A stretch of 64,000 bases of DNA from the NCBI GenBank assembly GCA_030265395.1, contig JARFYF010000050.1, forward strand, positions 27,463,774 through 27,527,773. The letters run 5' to 3'. The notes below the pieces were generated by a model that searched no databases, had not been told where the DNA came from, and worked only from the letters and a program-made list of their open reading frames with translations. Below, one piece after another: positions 40,800 through 54,778 of this stretch. Positions within the stretch are counted from its first letter, which is position 1. Every line of letters begins with the position of its first letter. This stretch comes from Rhina ancylostomus. Taxonomy: Eukaryota. The position numbers and the translations under genes were made by a program.

Positions 40800-41327
40800 T
40801 GGTTGCATCATGGTTTGATATGGCAATTCAAATGCGCAGAAAGTAAGCAGCTACAGAGAGTAGTGGACTCTGCCCAACAGACCACAGGTACATCCCTCCC
40901 CACCATCAGTTGTGTCTACAAGATGAGCTGCCTCAAGAAGGCAGCATCCATCAAAGATCCCCACCATCCGGGCTATGCCACCTTTTCGCAGCTATCATTG
41001 GGCAGGAGGTACCTGAAGTCCCATACCATCAGGTTCAAGAACAGCCAATTCCCTTCAGCCATTCAGTTCTTGAACCAACTGGCAAAACTCTAATCACTAC
41101 GGTTTAACAACACTATGACCACTTTGATCACTTTGCACTAAAATGAACTTTGATTTTTTTTGTTCTAATTGTGCTGCTTTTTGTAAAAATTGTGTACAAT
41201 TTGTTTTTCTTATGAATACAGCTTAGATGGTGTTATGTGTCTGTGATGCTGCTGCAATAAGTTTTTCATTGCACCTGTGCATACATGTTTTTGTGCATGA
41301 GACAATAAACTCTACTTTGACTTTGAT
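40800..41327 (+). mobile_element. Rex1/Babar LINE 3' end
   Basis: KQLQRVVDSAQQTTGTSLPTI..YKMSCLKKAASIKDPHHPG..FSQLSLGRRY..IRFKNS.FPSAIQFLN; ends ACAATAAACTCTACTTTGACTTTGA. Confidence 0.85.
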
Positions 41328-42152
41328 TATGTAGTGCCCTGAGAGCACTGAGCTCTCCACTATTTGCCCATCTAATTTTACAAAGATAAATGTGACTTTA
41401 ACATTAATAGCTTCTGAAATCCTTCCTCTGATATCAGGAAGCATCCATGACCAGAATGTTAAAGTAACAAGTGTGATTTTGTAATAATTTTCCGTGTAGA
41501 CAATTGTTATTAAAAAAAAACTTGCATTTATATCTTCATATGCCTCAAAGTGCTTGCAATATCAAACCATATTGATGCTGAGTCAAGGATCCAACAGGCC
41601 AAAAAGAAGCTCCGATATAGCTGCCAGTTTGTCAATCTTTTATTCAGTATAAAGAAATTAATGCAGAAACTTGAAAGCAGCATCAAATTTTGTTATAAAA
41701 TGGATCATAATTGGATTAATAATCAAAATGTACAAAATTTAACATTAAATCCTGTTGACAAATAAATGCAAACATTCAAATAATAGTTTTTAACTATTCA
41801 GTAGGTGGGAAAAACCTTCCTTAAAGGGATGGCAACAGACTGGAAATTTGAAGTCATACCTTCATATGTTTTTGCATGCCCTGTGAAAACATGTGCATTA
41901 CTTTTTGAAAAGAGATCACAGTGTCAACAGTAAATATGGGATATACTTGATTCCAGACTTGTAGAAACTCTTGCATGTTGCTTTGAATCTTACAACTTCC
42001 ATTAGATCATGAAATAGATGCAATATACAAATTATTGTTTGATCCGAATTCAACGTCATACAAAAGGTGGCACAATGCCTCTGCCAAATTTGCATACAAG
42101 TTTCAGAAACCAGGTGTGTCTGAAGGAATGTGCTGGCTTTTACTCTTTGTAA

Positions 42153-44018
<1,866 letters not shown>

Positions 44019-44346
44019 TAACCAAAATACTTAGGACTTCACATAGCTGCTCATTTTCAGGGTGTATCAATTATTAGAGACAGTAGAATTTGCTGAAGCA
44101 AACAGCAGAGAAGGCCATGTAGTTCATCATGTTTCTGCCAGCTCTTTCACAGACCTATCCTCTTGGTTCCATTCCTATTACTTCTTCAAGGCCCTGTAAA
44201 CTTCCTCTTCAAATATCCAATTCCATTTGAAAGTTACTGCTGCATCTATTTCCAACACTTTTCCGAGCAGTGCATTGCATATGTCAATAATTCAGATCAT
44301 TAAAACAATTCTCATTTCTCTCCCCGTAATTTGGCAGCAGTAAAAG

Positions 44347-44703
44347 AGCAGCACAGTGGGACAGCTAGTAGAGCTGCTACCTCACAGCCCCAGCCACTAG
44401 GTTCAATTCTGATCTCCAGTGCTATCTGTATGGAGTTTACACATTCTATGACATTGTGAATTTCCTCTGGGCATTCCAATTTCCTCCCACATCACAAAAA
44501 CATGCAAGTTGGTAAGTTAATTGGCCACAGTACATTACCCATAGTGTAGAGGTGAGAGGTAGAATCTGTGCTGGGTGTGGCCAATGGTAATGCAATAAGA
44601 ATAAAATAGGTTAGGCAAGAATTAGTGTAACAATAGGTGCTTGATAGTTAGCATGGACCTGGAGGGCCAAAGGGTCTGCTTTGTGATGTATCTGTGTGAT
44701 TCT
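44347..44703 (+). mobile_element. V-SINE in the ZNF750 coding intron
   Basis: GGTTCAATTC B box, CTGTATGGAGTTTACACATTCT..TTTCCTCTGGGCATTCCAATTTCCTCCCACATC, and tail GGGCCAAAGGGTCTGC. Confidence 0.75.
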
Positions 44704-44704
44704 A

Positions 44705-45110
44705 CAAATCTTAAATTCGTGTCTTCTGGTTGCCAACTCCCCTGCTTGTGGCTATAGATTCTCATCTCCACGTTACTCCACATCCTCTGCAACTCCTCCC
44801 ATCTGCCCATCCCACCCCACTCCCTTTATTCCATGCTCCACCTTACTCTACTATCAGATTCCATCATCTTCAACCATTTGACCCTTCCACCTATCACCTC
44901 CCACTCTCTATCTCCCCTCTTCACCTGGATTCACCTATCACCTGCCAGCTCTTATTCCACCCCTTCCCCCCATCTTTTTAAACTGGCTACCTTCCCATTA
45001 GCTTTCAGTCCAGGTGAAGGGACTCAACCAGAAACACCGACTGTCAATTTCCCTCCACAGATGCTGCCTGACCCACTGAGTTTCTCCAGTATTTGGTGTG
45101 TTGCTCCATG
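44705..45110 (+). mobile_element. Penelope-type 3' region/pseudo-LTR with decayed hammerhead motif at 45006-45043
   Basis: C/T-rich TCACCTATCACCTGCCAGC segment, then CAGTC CAGGTGA AGGGACTCAACCA GAAAC ACC GACTG...GATGCTGCCTGACCCACTGAGTTTCTCCAG. Confidence 0.7.
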
Positions 45111-46299
45111 TTACTCAAGTACAGCAAATCTCCTTTACTCCTTTGTTAAGCCTTCAAAATTCTTTCCAAACTACACCACCCAGAACTGGACACATAATTA
45201 TTGAAGATTTACTATAATTTCTTAGATTTTGAACTTGAATTGGGTTAAAATAGATGGCCCAAGAAGCATGCAGGAGGATGGTAATACACTGCGAGCACAC
45301 CTATGTTTGACTCAAACAAGGCAACATGTTAAACTTGTGCATCTGCTCATTATAATATTTCATGCTGTTCACTGTCTTACTGCCCCAGCGGAGTGCATGA
45401 AGGGAGGGAGCAAATTTATGAGTGCCTAACAACACCTAAAACTAGCCTGCAACTAGCAGCAGCTGGAGGCAAGTATTCTAGAAATGGAATTAATTTGAGA
45501 TACATAAACAAAGGCACTACTGAGGAGAAAGCAAGCTCCATTTCTTTCTCCTTGCCTCCTGAATTGGCCATATATAGAAGATAACGAGAAGAGATACATT
45601 CCCACAGAGAGCCAGAAGCCCTTGCACACATTGAAGGGAATGGGAGGAAATGACAATGGCAGTATCGAAGACCAGGATACTGTAATCGCAGAATGTCAAT
45701 ATCCTAACACGTGGTCAAGATCAATGAATGGACCTTCAAGTGACAAACCCCACTAATGGCACCACCAACATCAAACACTACCCCAAACATTAGTAACCCA
45801 TGAATAAACTCTTTCAGTCAGAACTCATATATAACATTGATATTCCCCAACACATCTTCCCATATCAAGCACTGCTGAAGGTCTCATTTTCCAGCTTTCA
45901 GACACTACCAGCCATTCGTCTGTGACTGACACATCACATAAATACACTGCAGAACTTTCACGGACAACTTCCCTGCAGAGAAAATGGCATATCGCCAAAG
46001 ACAACAGCAGCAAACTATTAGGGTACATAAACTTTCATTGTGAAGATGACACGCAATTTAATTGGAGCAGCCTTTACCAAGTCCATGGCCAGCAGCAAGG
46101 TAAAAATCAGAAATGATGATGGTGTTCTCACATCTTGGCCTCTTCATTTCCCACTATGCACTCATCCCACAATTTCTTTTGATTTACAAATTGGAAATGG
46201 CTTGAGCATGCACCACCTACTTTACCTTTTTCTCCCAATCACTACAATCTTACCTTGTGCATTTTCACTTTCAGATACTCAATAAGAAATGATTGGTCA

Positions 46300-48010
46300 G
46301 GCAGTGATGGAAAAGCAAGGAACAGTAATGATGACAAAACAATCACTCGATTTCACACTCAGAGCCATCAGCTCATACTGTGTGTAGTCCAAGTTAGATT
46401 AAAGATGGCAATTACACATGATGAGTCACAGGAGATGAATGACCTGCAACCAGAACAGGTGTTATCTGCCAGAGGACACAATCATACACCAGTTCTGCAG
46501 GGACCTGTTGGGAGCAGGATCAGGCGTATCTAAGTATTAACAAGATGAAAGTGTAAAACAGACATACCTGCTGATCAGCAAAGACATAATGCAACAAACA
46601 TATCTAACATAGTCCACAAACAACAGATATTAGCAGAACTCTACAGTCCTGCCACTAATTTTAGCTAGAAATGCAAACGAATGATCCAAACTAGCTTTCT
46701 CTTACAATCCTCACTATTACAGAAGACAACTTTCCACCAATTCACACCAAGTGATATCAAGAAAGAGCAAAGAGTACAGCAAAGGCTATGCAACACATTG
46801 GTTATGACCTTGACAACTTGTGTTTCTGAAGCAGTCACATTGACATAAAGCAGCCACAGTACAGTTATAATACAGGTTTCTATCTGACAACAAAAAGCAG
46901 GGCATAACCAGTTTATCTGATTACCACCTAAACAGTTTAACACTCATTCATCAACAAATTGATGAAAGGTGTCACCATCAGTTGCAGAGTTTAATTTAGA
47001 GGTGAGGTAAGAGTGACAGCCCTCGATACCAAGGCAGCATTTGATCAAGTACAGCCTGAAAGAGCTTTGGTAAAGCTGCATTCACTAGGCAAAAAGAGGA
47101 AAATACTCCAGTACTTGGAGTCATGCTCATCCAAAGGAAGGTAGCTGTGGTTGTTAGAGGTCAATCATCCCAACACATAGACGTGGCTGAAGAAGGTCAT
47201 CTAGGCAGTGTCCAAGGCCCAATCAACTTCAGATAATTCATAAATGACCTCCCATCCATCATAAGGTCACAAGCGGGGGATGTTTAATGACTATTACACC
47301 ATGTCCAATTCCATTCATGACTCCTCAGAAAATGTAGCAGTCCATATCTGAAAGCAGCAGGACCTAGACAACATTCAGGCATTGGCTGACAAGCAACAAA
47401 TAGGTCTTGAACATCTCCAATATGAGATAGTTTAACCACCTATCTTTGACATTCAATGGCATTATCATTGCAGACTCCCTCACCTCAACATCCTGTAAGT
47501 CAATACTAACCAGGAACTCAACTGGATTTGCCACATAAATAGTGTGGCTANNNNNNCACATAAATAGTGTGGATACAAGAACCAGTTAGAAACTGTGCAT
47601 TCCACAGTAAATAACTCAACTCCTGACACCCCAAAGCCTTTCCACCATTTAAAAAATACAAATTACCTCAAAGGGGACAACGCCAACATACTCAAGCAGA
47701 ATCACCATCCAGGACAAAGCAGCCCACTTCACTTGCCACCCATCTACAACCTCCACCATTAAGGAAGACAAAAACAATAGGCACATGGGAACATCAACAC
47801 CTGCAGGTTCCCTTTCTTCATACAAACCATTTTGATATGAAAATATATCCTTCATCGTAACAGCATACAAATTCTAGAAAATTCCTACCAAATAACATTG
47901 CGGGCATACCTTCACCAAAGGTTCTGAAGCAGTGAATGAGGTGATTCAACACCACCTTTCCAAGGGCAATTAGGGATGGGGCAATAAATGTTCACCAATC
48001 CAACAATGTC
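46300..48010 (+). mobile_element. CR1/L2-superfamily LINE, decayed RT and 3' end
   Basis: ALDTKAAFDQV, LESC, VVVRGQSS, GSVQGP and FINDLPSI remnants (47020-47270); tail AAGGGCAATTAGGGATGGGGCAATAAATG. Confidence 0.75.
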
Positions 48011-48249
48011 AACATTTTGGAAAAATTGAAAACATTGTGAACTTTGATGGAACTCTGACAGAAGCTGACAAATTGGTATTCAATTTGAAATCTGCAAAGT
48101 ATTAGTAGGACTGTCAGAAAATCTAGAGCAAAATGTTAAGGGGCATGGAGGAGTTCAGCACTGACAAAGCTTTGGGCAGAGATTGAAGCCCAGGCTTTCC
48201 AGTATGAAATGGTGAGCAGATCCAACATGCTTGTGCACCCAACCAAATG

Positions 48250-48990
48250 AAGTTTCAGATTGCTGATATCTCAGCTTCGATTGCAGAACATCTGACAGCC
48301 AGGAACTTGTGCAGGAACATGCTGCTATCATGTAAGTTCAAGAAGCAGCCATCCAGGTCCATAGTAGCCACCATGGCTCTGGATATCACTGTTAAAAGGC
48401 GTGAAGGGTGCCACCGCAGTACAGCAATACAATTGCCAACAGATTACTAGTAAGGCATCAGGAGTACAGATATCCTGTCCTTTCTTACCATGAATGCATT
48501 TGTGATCCTATCACAATACAACTCTGCCAGTCGTAAACTCTGATTGGTCATGCTGAGAAGGTACATGCACACTCTACTAGTTACATAGCAGCTTCAGCAA
48601 ATTAGACACAATCACGTTCAGTTGCAGTGCAGATCTGAGTTGATGTGTAGCACCTGCAAAGTGATTTGCATGCAACCAACTGCACACTGCAGCATGGGAA
48701 GTCTGCAATTTTCCCAAGGGCACATGCATGCTCCACCTTCCGCCCTCTGGCAAGAGAGAATTAAGTGGACGTGATTACCTCCCAAAGTCAACAACGGTCA
48801 GCAAACTGCAAGATGTTGCACACTTTTCTGGCTCTAGACTGGAAGAAGCCAAAGTACAAAGTTTCAGGTCCACAGTGACCTTGACAGCCTGCTCTGAAGT
48901 AGGAGTAGTAGTTGCAGCAAATGTCAGACTAGTTTCTGTGAATAGCAGAGAAGCAGAATTGCTCCAGAAGAACCCAAGCAGATAGGTCTT
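48250..48990 (+). mobile_element. Decayed PIF/Harbinger element: transposase C-terminus followed by a Myb/SANT-like ORF remnant
   Basis: Remnants RYP...DPIT, QYNSA, (IG)MLRRYMHTL, LMCSTCKVICM and CTLQH, then AHFSGSRLE...VAANVRLVSVNSREAELLQK in ORF 48728..48985. Confidence 0.4.
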
Positions 48991-49659
48991 TTTCATGCTC
49001 CTCCTCTCATGCTGCTCTGTATACCCACTGTTCTTTCTACTGGCTGTGCAGTAATCCAAGGTGCATGTCTATTAACAGATCCTTGTCTGGGTGAAACTAG
49101 TTTCTACAGAAACTTACAATGAAGACAAAGTCCTTCAATATGTTTCGCACCACTTCTTAACTAGCTAAATTTAGAAAGTACTAAACTTATGTAGAATCAT
49201 GCCAACAGCATCAGAAATCAGTCAACATTGGCCTATCAAAAGTGATGGTTAGGGTCCAGTCTTCCGCTGTGCTAGGTTAAGAAATAGCAAGAGTTAATCA
49301 TGTCTTTAGTGATAAGGCATCTGGCACAACTCAAGTCACAAATGTACACAGATGGATGGCCTGAACAATGGATTCTACAAAGCTAAAACTTGTGGCCTAT
49401 GCCTTTATTGATAAAGCCAAGTAACCAAGGTGTTTAAGGAAAATGCAGATGATTAATCTGTTCTGCTACTTCCAAAAATAAATGTGAACAATGATTAAAA
49501 AGGTCTTAATTCCTTCTCTAAAACCTAACATCAAGCCTTTTTTCCCCAACCTTCTTCAAGATTCCATCCCCTTTGTACAATCATTGTGCTTTATGCTTCT
49601 AAGATTTCTTTAATTTATATGGAAGCCTTGGATCAATTCTAACAATCCCTCCTCTAAAT

Positions 49660-49985
49660 CAGATGGGTGTGATTCAAATTAAACAAATTCTTGAATTTTT
49701 ATTCATGCCGGCACTTCAGCGCAGAATGCTGGAAGTGCTGCTCTGTCAGCATGCTCTTGGTTTCATTACTCTGTTATGTGCACTCGTTGATACAAAAGCC
49801 TCTGTGGTGGGATCGCTTCTGGGAAGAGAGGATGTGCTCCTAACGTCCTGACACTTAACCCTTAATCAATGCCTCACAAATAATTACCTGTTCAGATTTT
49901 TCTCTTTTTTTGGGGGGTCATTTGGAATGTTTAGTTACAAATGAGATACCTTGAAGAGGTGAAAGGAAAATATCTGAATCTAAGT
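49660..49985 (+). mobile_element. Deu-SINE, decayed
   Basis: GCAGAATGCTGGAAGTGCTGCTCTGTCAG...GATACAAAAGCCTCTGTGG...GTCCTGACAC...GGTGAAAGG. Confidence 0.45.
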
Positions 49986-50434
49986 TATTTGTATATATCT
50001 AAAACATAAAAATCCTTTGCTTTTCTGTTTACTTTCACTTCCTCAGAAGTATTTGTTTTCCATTTGTTACAAAATATCTTTCCTCAACAAAATGAAGAAA
50101 ATTGACCAGTTAATTTCTTGAAAGATGTTGATTAAAGCATAAATGCTCCATGATATTCAAAAAAAGATGAAAATTTTAAAACTGCAGAAGCTAAAAATAC
50201 AAAACAAAACCAGAAAATACTGGAAATACTCAGGTCAGGCTCCATCGGTGGGAAAAGAAACAGAATCAATGTTTCAGGTCAAGTATTTCCAGCATTTTCT
50301 GTTCTTCTTCAACAAAGGGTTTGGAGGTTGTAGGGTGGGTGGGTGAATGTCTGCTGAGGTCCTGAACAACATTTATTCTTTGTAAAGGTTATTACATTGA
50401 ATCTAAAATTTCTATTTTGCTACTCTGTTTACAG

Positions 50435-51284
50435 AATCCTTTCACCAAATGCGGATTCTATATCCAATCCAACTTATTCTAATGTTACCATTTTGGATTA
50501 TTACCATGGCAATACTCTGGTACCGACTGACTTAAGTTCAACTAGCATGATACCACTAAACCTTTCCAAAAAAAATAAAGCAAAATCGGAATTGGACCAG
50601 CAGCCTGGAACTAGAAATAAGAATTTACTACATGATTCAAGTGAAGATACATCAGACGGCAATCACTTCCTTCTGGTTAAAGAGTCTGAAACTTCCACAA
50701 ATGTGCAAGATGTACCTTTAAATCTTTCACTTAAAGCAAACCACAATCATGGTTTGAAAACAGCTGAAGATTCTATTCCATTCGACATCAACTTCAAAGA
50801 CTCAAGGGTAAAAGCAAAAAGCTTAAATGACAATAAGTTTCTCCATTCAGACTTAAATATTCATTCAGCAGAAGACCTGAATATAGGCAAAGGTTGCCAC
50901 AAAGCAAATAAATGTAAAAGTAAGACAGAAAAAGCTGCAAACTTGCAAACAATAAATGATGTCCAATGCACTGAACGATGTAACGATGAACAGAAGCAGT
51001 CAGCTGCTGTGGCCCTTTGTCAGTTAGCTGCATGTGACAAAAGAAAACATAATGAGGAATGGTCTGTTCCACCACATGGAGAGCTGGTTAGTAAAGAAGA
51101 ACCAAGCTACGAAGAAAAGCACAAATGTAATTCCTCTGCAGTTGAAAAAGTAGAAAAACAAAAATCAAGGTATCAGAAAAGATCAAATGAAGAATCAATT
51201 AAAACACAATCAGACACAGCACATGTAAAGATCAATGACTGTGATAGAATATTCAGTCTGAGAAAGAGAACTAAAGTTGCATGA
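50435..51284 (+). CDS. ZNF750: ZNF750 last coding exon (PLNLS CtBP motifs, EQKQSAAVALCQLA block, C-terminal NLS LRKRTKVA); joined protein 782 aa
   Basis: ctctgtttacAG acceptor ending at 50434; AG|A completes an Arg codon in frame with ORF 50397..51284. Two PLNLS motifs, AAVALCQLA and the basic C-terminus are ZNF750 hallmarks. Confidence 0.95.
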
Positions 51285-53944
51285 AACAGAACATCTTCAA
51301 CTGAAACCAATAACAAGATGAACTATTAAATGATGTAAAGTTGATGGTAATTGTTTACATCACGATTAGTCATAAAGATGTGGAATATAACCTAGAAAAT
51401 ATGTGTTCAAGGTCTTCTTTAACTTTCAACTGTGCACACTATATTCAGTGTTGGTTAAAATATTACAGTGAAACAAGGCAGCATATATTTTAGCAGCTCA
51501 TGTACTTTCAGTTTGAATTGCATTATATGGTATGGTATTGTGCTGATCAGGCTGATAAGATATGACATGGATAGGATTAAGATATAAAGTGAGACAATCA
51601 ATCTTTAGGGAGATCATGTTTTTATTTGGAGCTCTTTCTTCTTAAATATATAAAGAATACATCTAAGTGAAAAGAATTTCAATATAAGAAGCTGCAAAAT
51701 AACGTAAATTCCAAAAAATATCTGATTCCTTCTCTGAAAATGAGTTGCTTTACACAACTACCTCACAAGAAATAAGTGTTTGTAAAATGTTCCAAGTACC
51801 CTTTAGAATATAACCAATGTTCAACATACTCTTACAGTTGTGAAAACATTATTGATATGAACTACTTTAGTAGACACTAACAGAGAACAGTGAAATCAGG
51901 GGTCCCATAGTAAACATGCAAATCAGCACTTGCAACTCATTGCATCTCAGTTCCACAAGCAAAGACTAAGTATTTCCAATATTATCAACTTCAGAAAAAA
52001 ATAATCATATATGACAACACATAAATAACCATTTCTTCTTGCATATATAAATAATTTATTGAGATTCAGTCTTCCCCCACCCCCAATCATATGTAATGGA
52101 ATCTTGCGAGGTTAGCACATAACAATCTGGATGATCAATGACTAGACTGCACCAATATGAAAAGGAAAACAAAGTCCTGGCTACTGCCCACCAGACATCT
52201 TCTGACTTAGCCCAGAAATGGGTGGCCCACAATACTGGCTTGAAATGTCCCAGACTACTGAGCAAGCAGGGCCCACCAATAGTGCAATAAAGAAAACCAT
52301 TCAACTACTTTTGGGCTTTTACAGCTGTCAGCCTGCACCCAGCTCTCCCAGATGTCAGAACTACTCTGGTTACCAAATACCTTTGACATTTAGTGACTAT
52401 CAAAGTTAAGTGATGAAAAATAAAATAACTAAAATCACTTAAAACACATCAATAATTAAAAACATTAAACTACACTGAAATAATTGATAAAAGAACTTAT
52501 AAGAATATTAGAAATAGGTTATTGTCTCTTTTGTCTTTCTTCTCAAGTTAATTTTGGTAAAAGAACAAGCAGTTTACTCCTTTATGTCCCAGGCTTGCTG
52601 GCACTTCAACAGCAAAAGTGAGCCACTAAATCACTATAACCTATAAACTTTAATGCAAATTAAACCTCAAGTATAACATTCACACTGCAAATCTGATAAT
52701 GGAAGTGATGATATCTTTAATGTCCAAATTGACCAATTGCAAATAACTGCTCACTGAATGTCATTTCATTGCACTTAACTGGCGAAGACCAAAAGGTAGT
52801 AATAATACATATGTACAGTTATCTTAGTACTTTTTACTTTTTCAAAAGTCTGTGATGGTCATTATAATAATGTACATTTTTTTAATCATATTCTTAATTG
52901 AAATACTCGGAAATCAATTCTTGAGGGTTATTTAGGAAAAATGTATTGAGGACATTAGATAGTAGGAAACTTCTGGTGATGGAAATACTATGATATTCAG
53001 CCAGTCATTATGTTAAAAGATTGATATGTTTTTTGCTATTGGATTAAAGATAATTTATCATGCACAAATAATTGTCTCATTCCTTGATTAACATTCAGAA
53101 ACTACCTCATACTTAAAAAATACAAATATGACTTCTTTGCAGATTATAACTATATGTGTACCGTTCAACAAATGAATAACTTTTTTACACTTACATAAAT
53201 TAGGTTTAAGAATACTGTACACAGAATTTATTAATCCACTAATTAATCCACTTTTAAAGTGATCAGATATATCATTTCAGAGCTGTAGAAGTGTGAGGCG
53301 ATAGGTAGCTGAGACAAAAATCTAGCAAACAATATTTCTAATCTTACACCTACAGTTTTTCAAAAAAAACATTAATAGAAGCACAATAACTTAGTACCAC
53401 ACAGAATACAAACAGAATCCCTGTTTTTATGGCTGGAAGTACAGAGTACATACATAGAACTGTACAACGCAGGAACAGGCCCTTCGGCCCACAATGTAGT
53501 GCCGAACTAATTAAGCTAATGACACCTAATTAAACTAATCCCCTCTGCCTGCACATGATCCATATCCCTCCCTTCTTTGAATATTTATGTGCCTATCTGA
53601 AAGCCTCTTAAAAAAGGTTCAAGTCTAAAAACCATGGTAATGTTGAATTTGTTTGAAACAATAGGGAGGGATTGAAAACTCCAAAAGTTGAGTGCAAACT
53701 CAGTCTCAAAACCTTACCACAGAAGGTCCAACAAAACTTCAGTGTTAATGAGCTACTAATAGGCTGCATCTGCTGACTTGAAAATAGATAATTTTGAACA
53801 AAAAGGAAAAATCCAAGTTTAAAGATATTTCTCCATTCAAAAGATGGCAGAAATAATAAAATCTACTGCCATAAAAATCAGTGGATGCTGGCTCAATCAA
53901 CAGATTGAACAATTCTTTTCCTTGACAAGAATAGAAAGCTAGTA

Positions 53945-54160
53945 AGAAACAGAAAATGCTAAAAATACCCAGCAGTTCAAGCAACATCTGTTGAAAGAAA
54001 AAGTTTATGCTTCAGGTCCAGACACCTCGTCAGAAGTGGAGGAACTAAAACATTAACTCTTCATTAACTCCCACAGAGATATTGTCTGGATGTACTGAGT
54101 GCTTCCAGCTTATTTTGTTTTTGTTTCAAATTTCCAGCATCTGCAAGTTTATTTTGATTT
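53945..54160. mobile_element. Fold-back Penelope-type short element (older subfamily) with a minus-strand hammerhead remnant at about 54001-54038
   Basis: Arms AACAGAAAATGCT..CAGCAG and CTGAGTGCTTCCAGC..TTTTGTT; the minus strand reads CTGACGA GGTGTCTGGACCT GAAG. Confidence 0.55.
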
Positions 54161-54664
54161 TCATGGAGAGTTAGGAACCAGATCAAACATGTTTTTACTG
54201 AATGTTGAAAGGATCAAGTGATTTTCTCCTGTCCCTGCATTCCCAAAACATCATAAGTACACAGGAGACCATACCCACAGGGCAACAAATGATAAAATAA
54301 CAGTCGATGTAAATATTCTGCCATCTGACTTAATACTTGAAACCCAAGAGATTATATGTTAAAGGAACAGAATAGTTTCCTTTACCCAGCAGAATTATCC
54401 TTCTATTCTAACATTCTGAGTTTTAACTGTGTCAAAATATATATCTCTAAATCCTTGAAAATCTACAACCCTAGATACCCCACCCAATATAATAATTGAC
54501 AAAGTCAACCACTGTATACAATAGTGGGGGACTAGAGAAGTAAAACCTTCATGGCCTTGAGCAAAAGAATATCCAAGCCTATTTTTATATGTGTTTTCAG
54601 GCACATTACAGTTTTTAGGCCGATGCATGTTTCTTTATTATGAAAAGGAGTGCCTGCCTTACTA

Positions 54665-54778
<114 letters not shown>

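Noticed and set aside
47533-47575. CACATAAATAGTGTGG duplicated across a 6-N gap
   Set aside because: Assembly overlap artefact.
45006-54038. Idea that hammerhead copies in the transcribed sense orientation (45006 in ZNF750, 54001 in TBCD) were selectively inactivated
   Set aside because: Too few copies, and the antisense copy at about 7975 is equally decayed; age explains the pattern.
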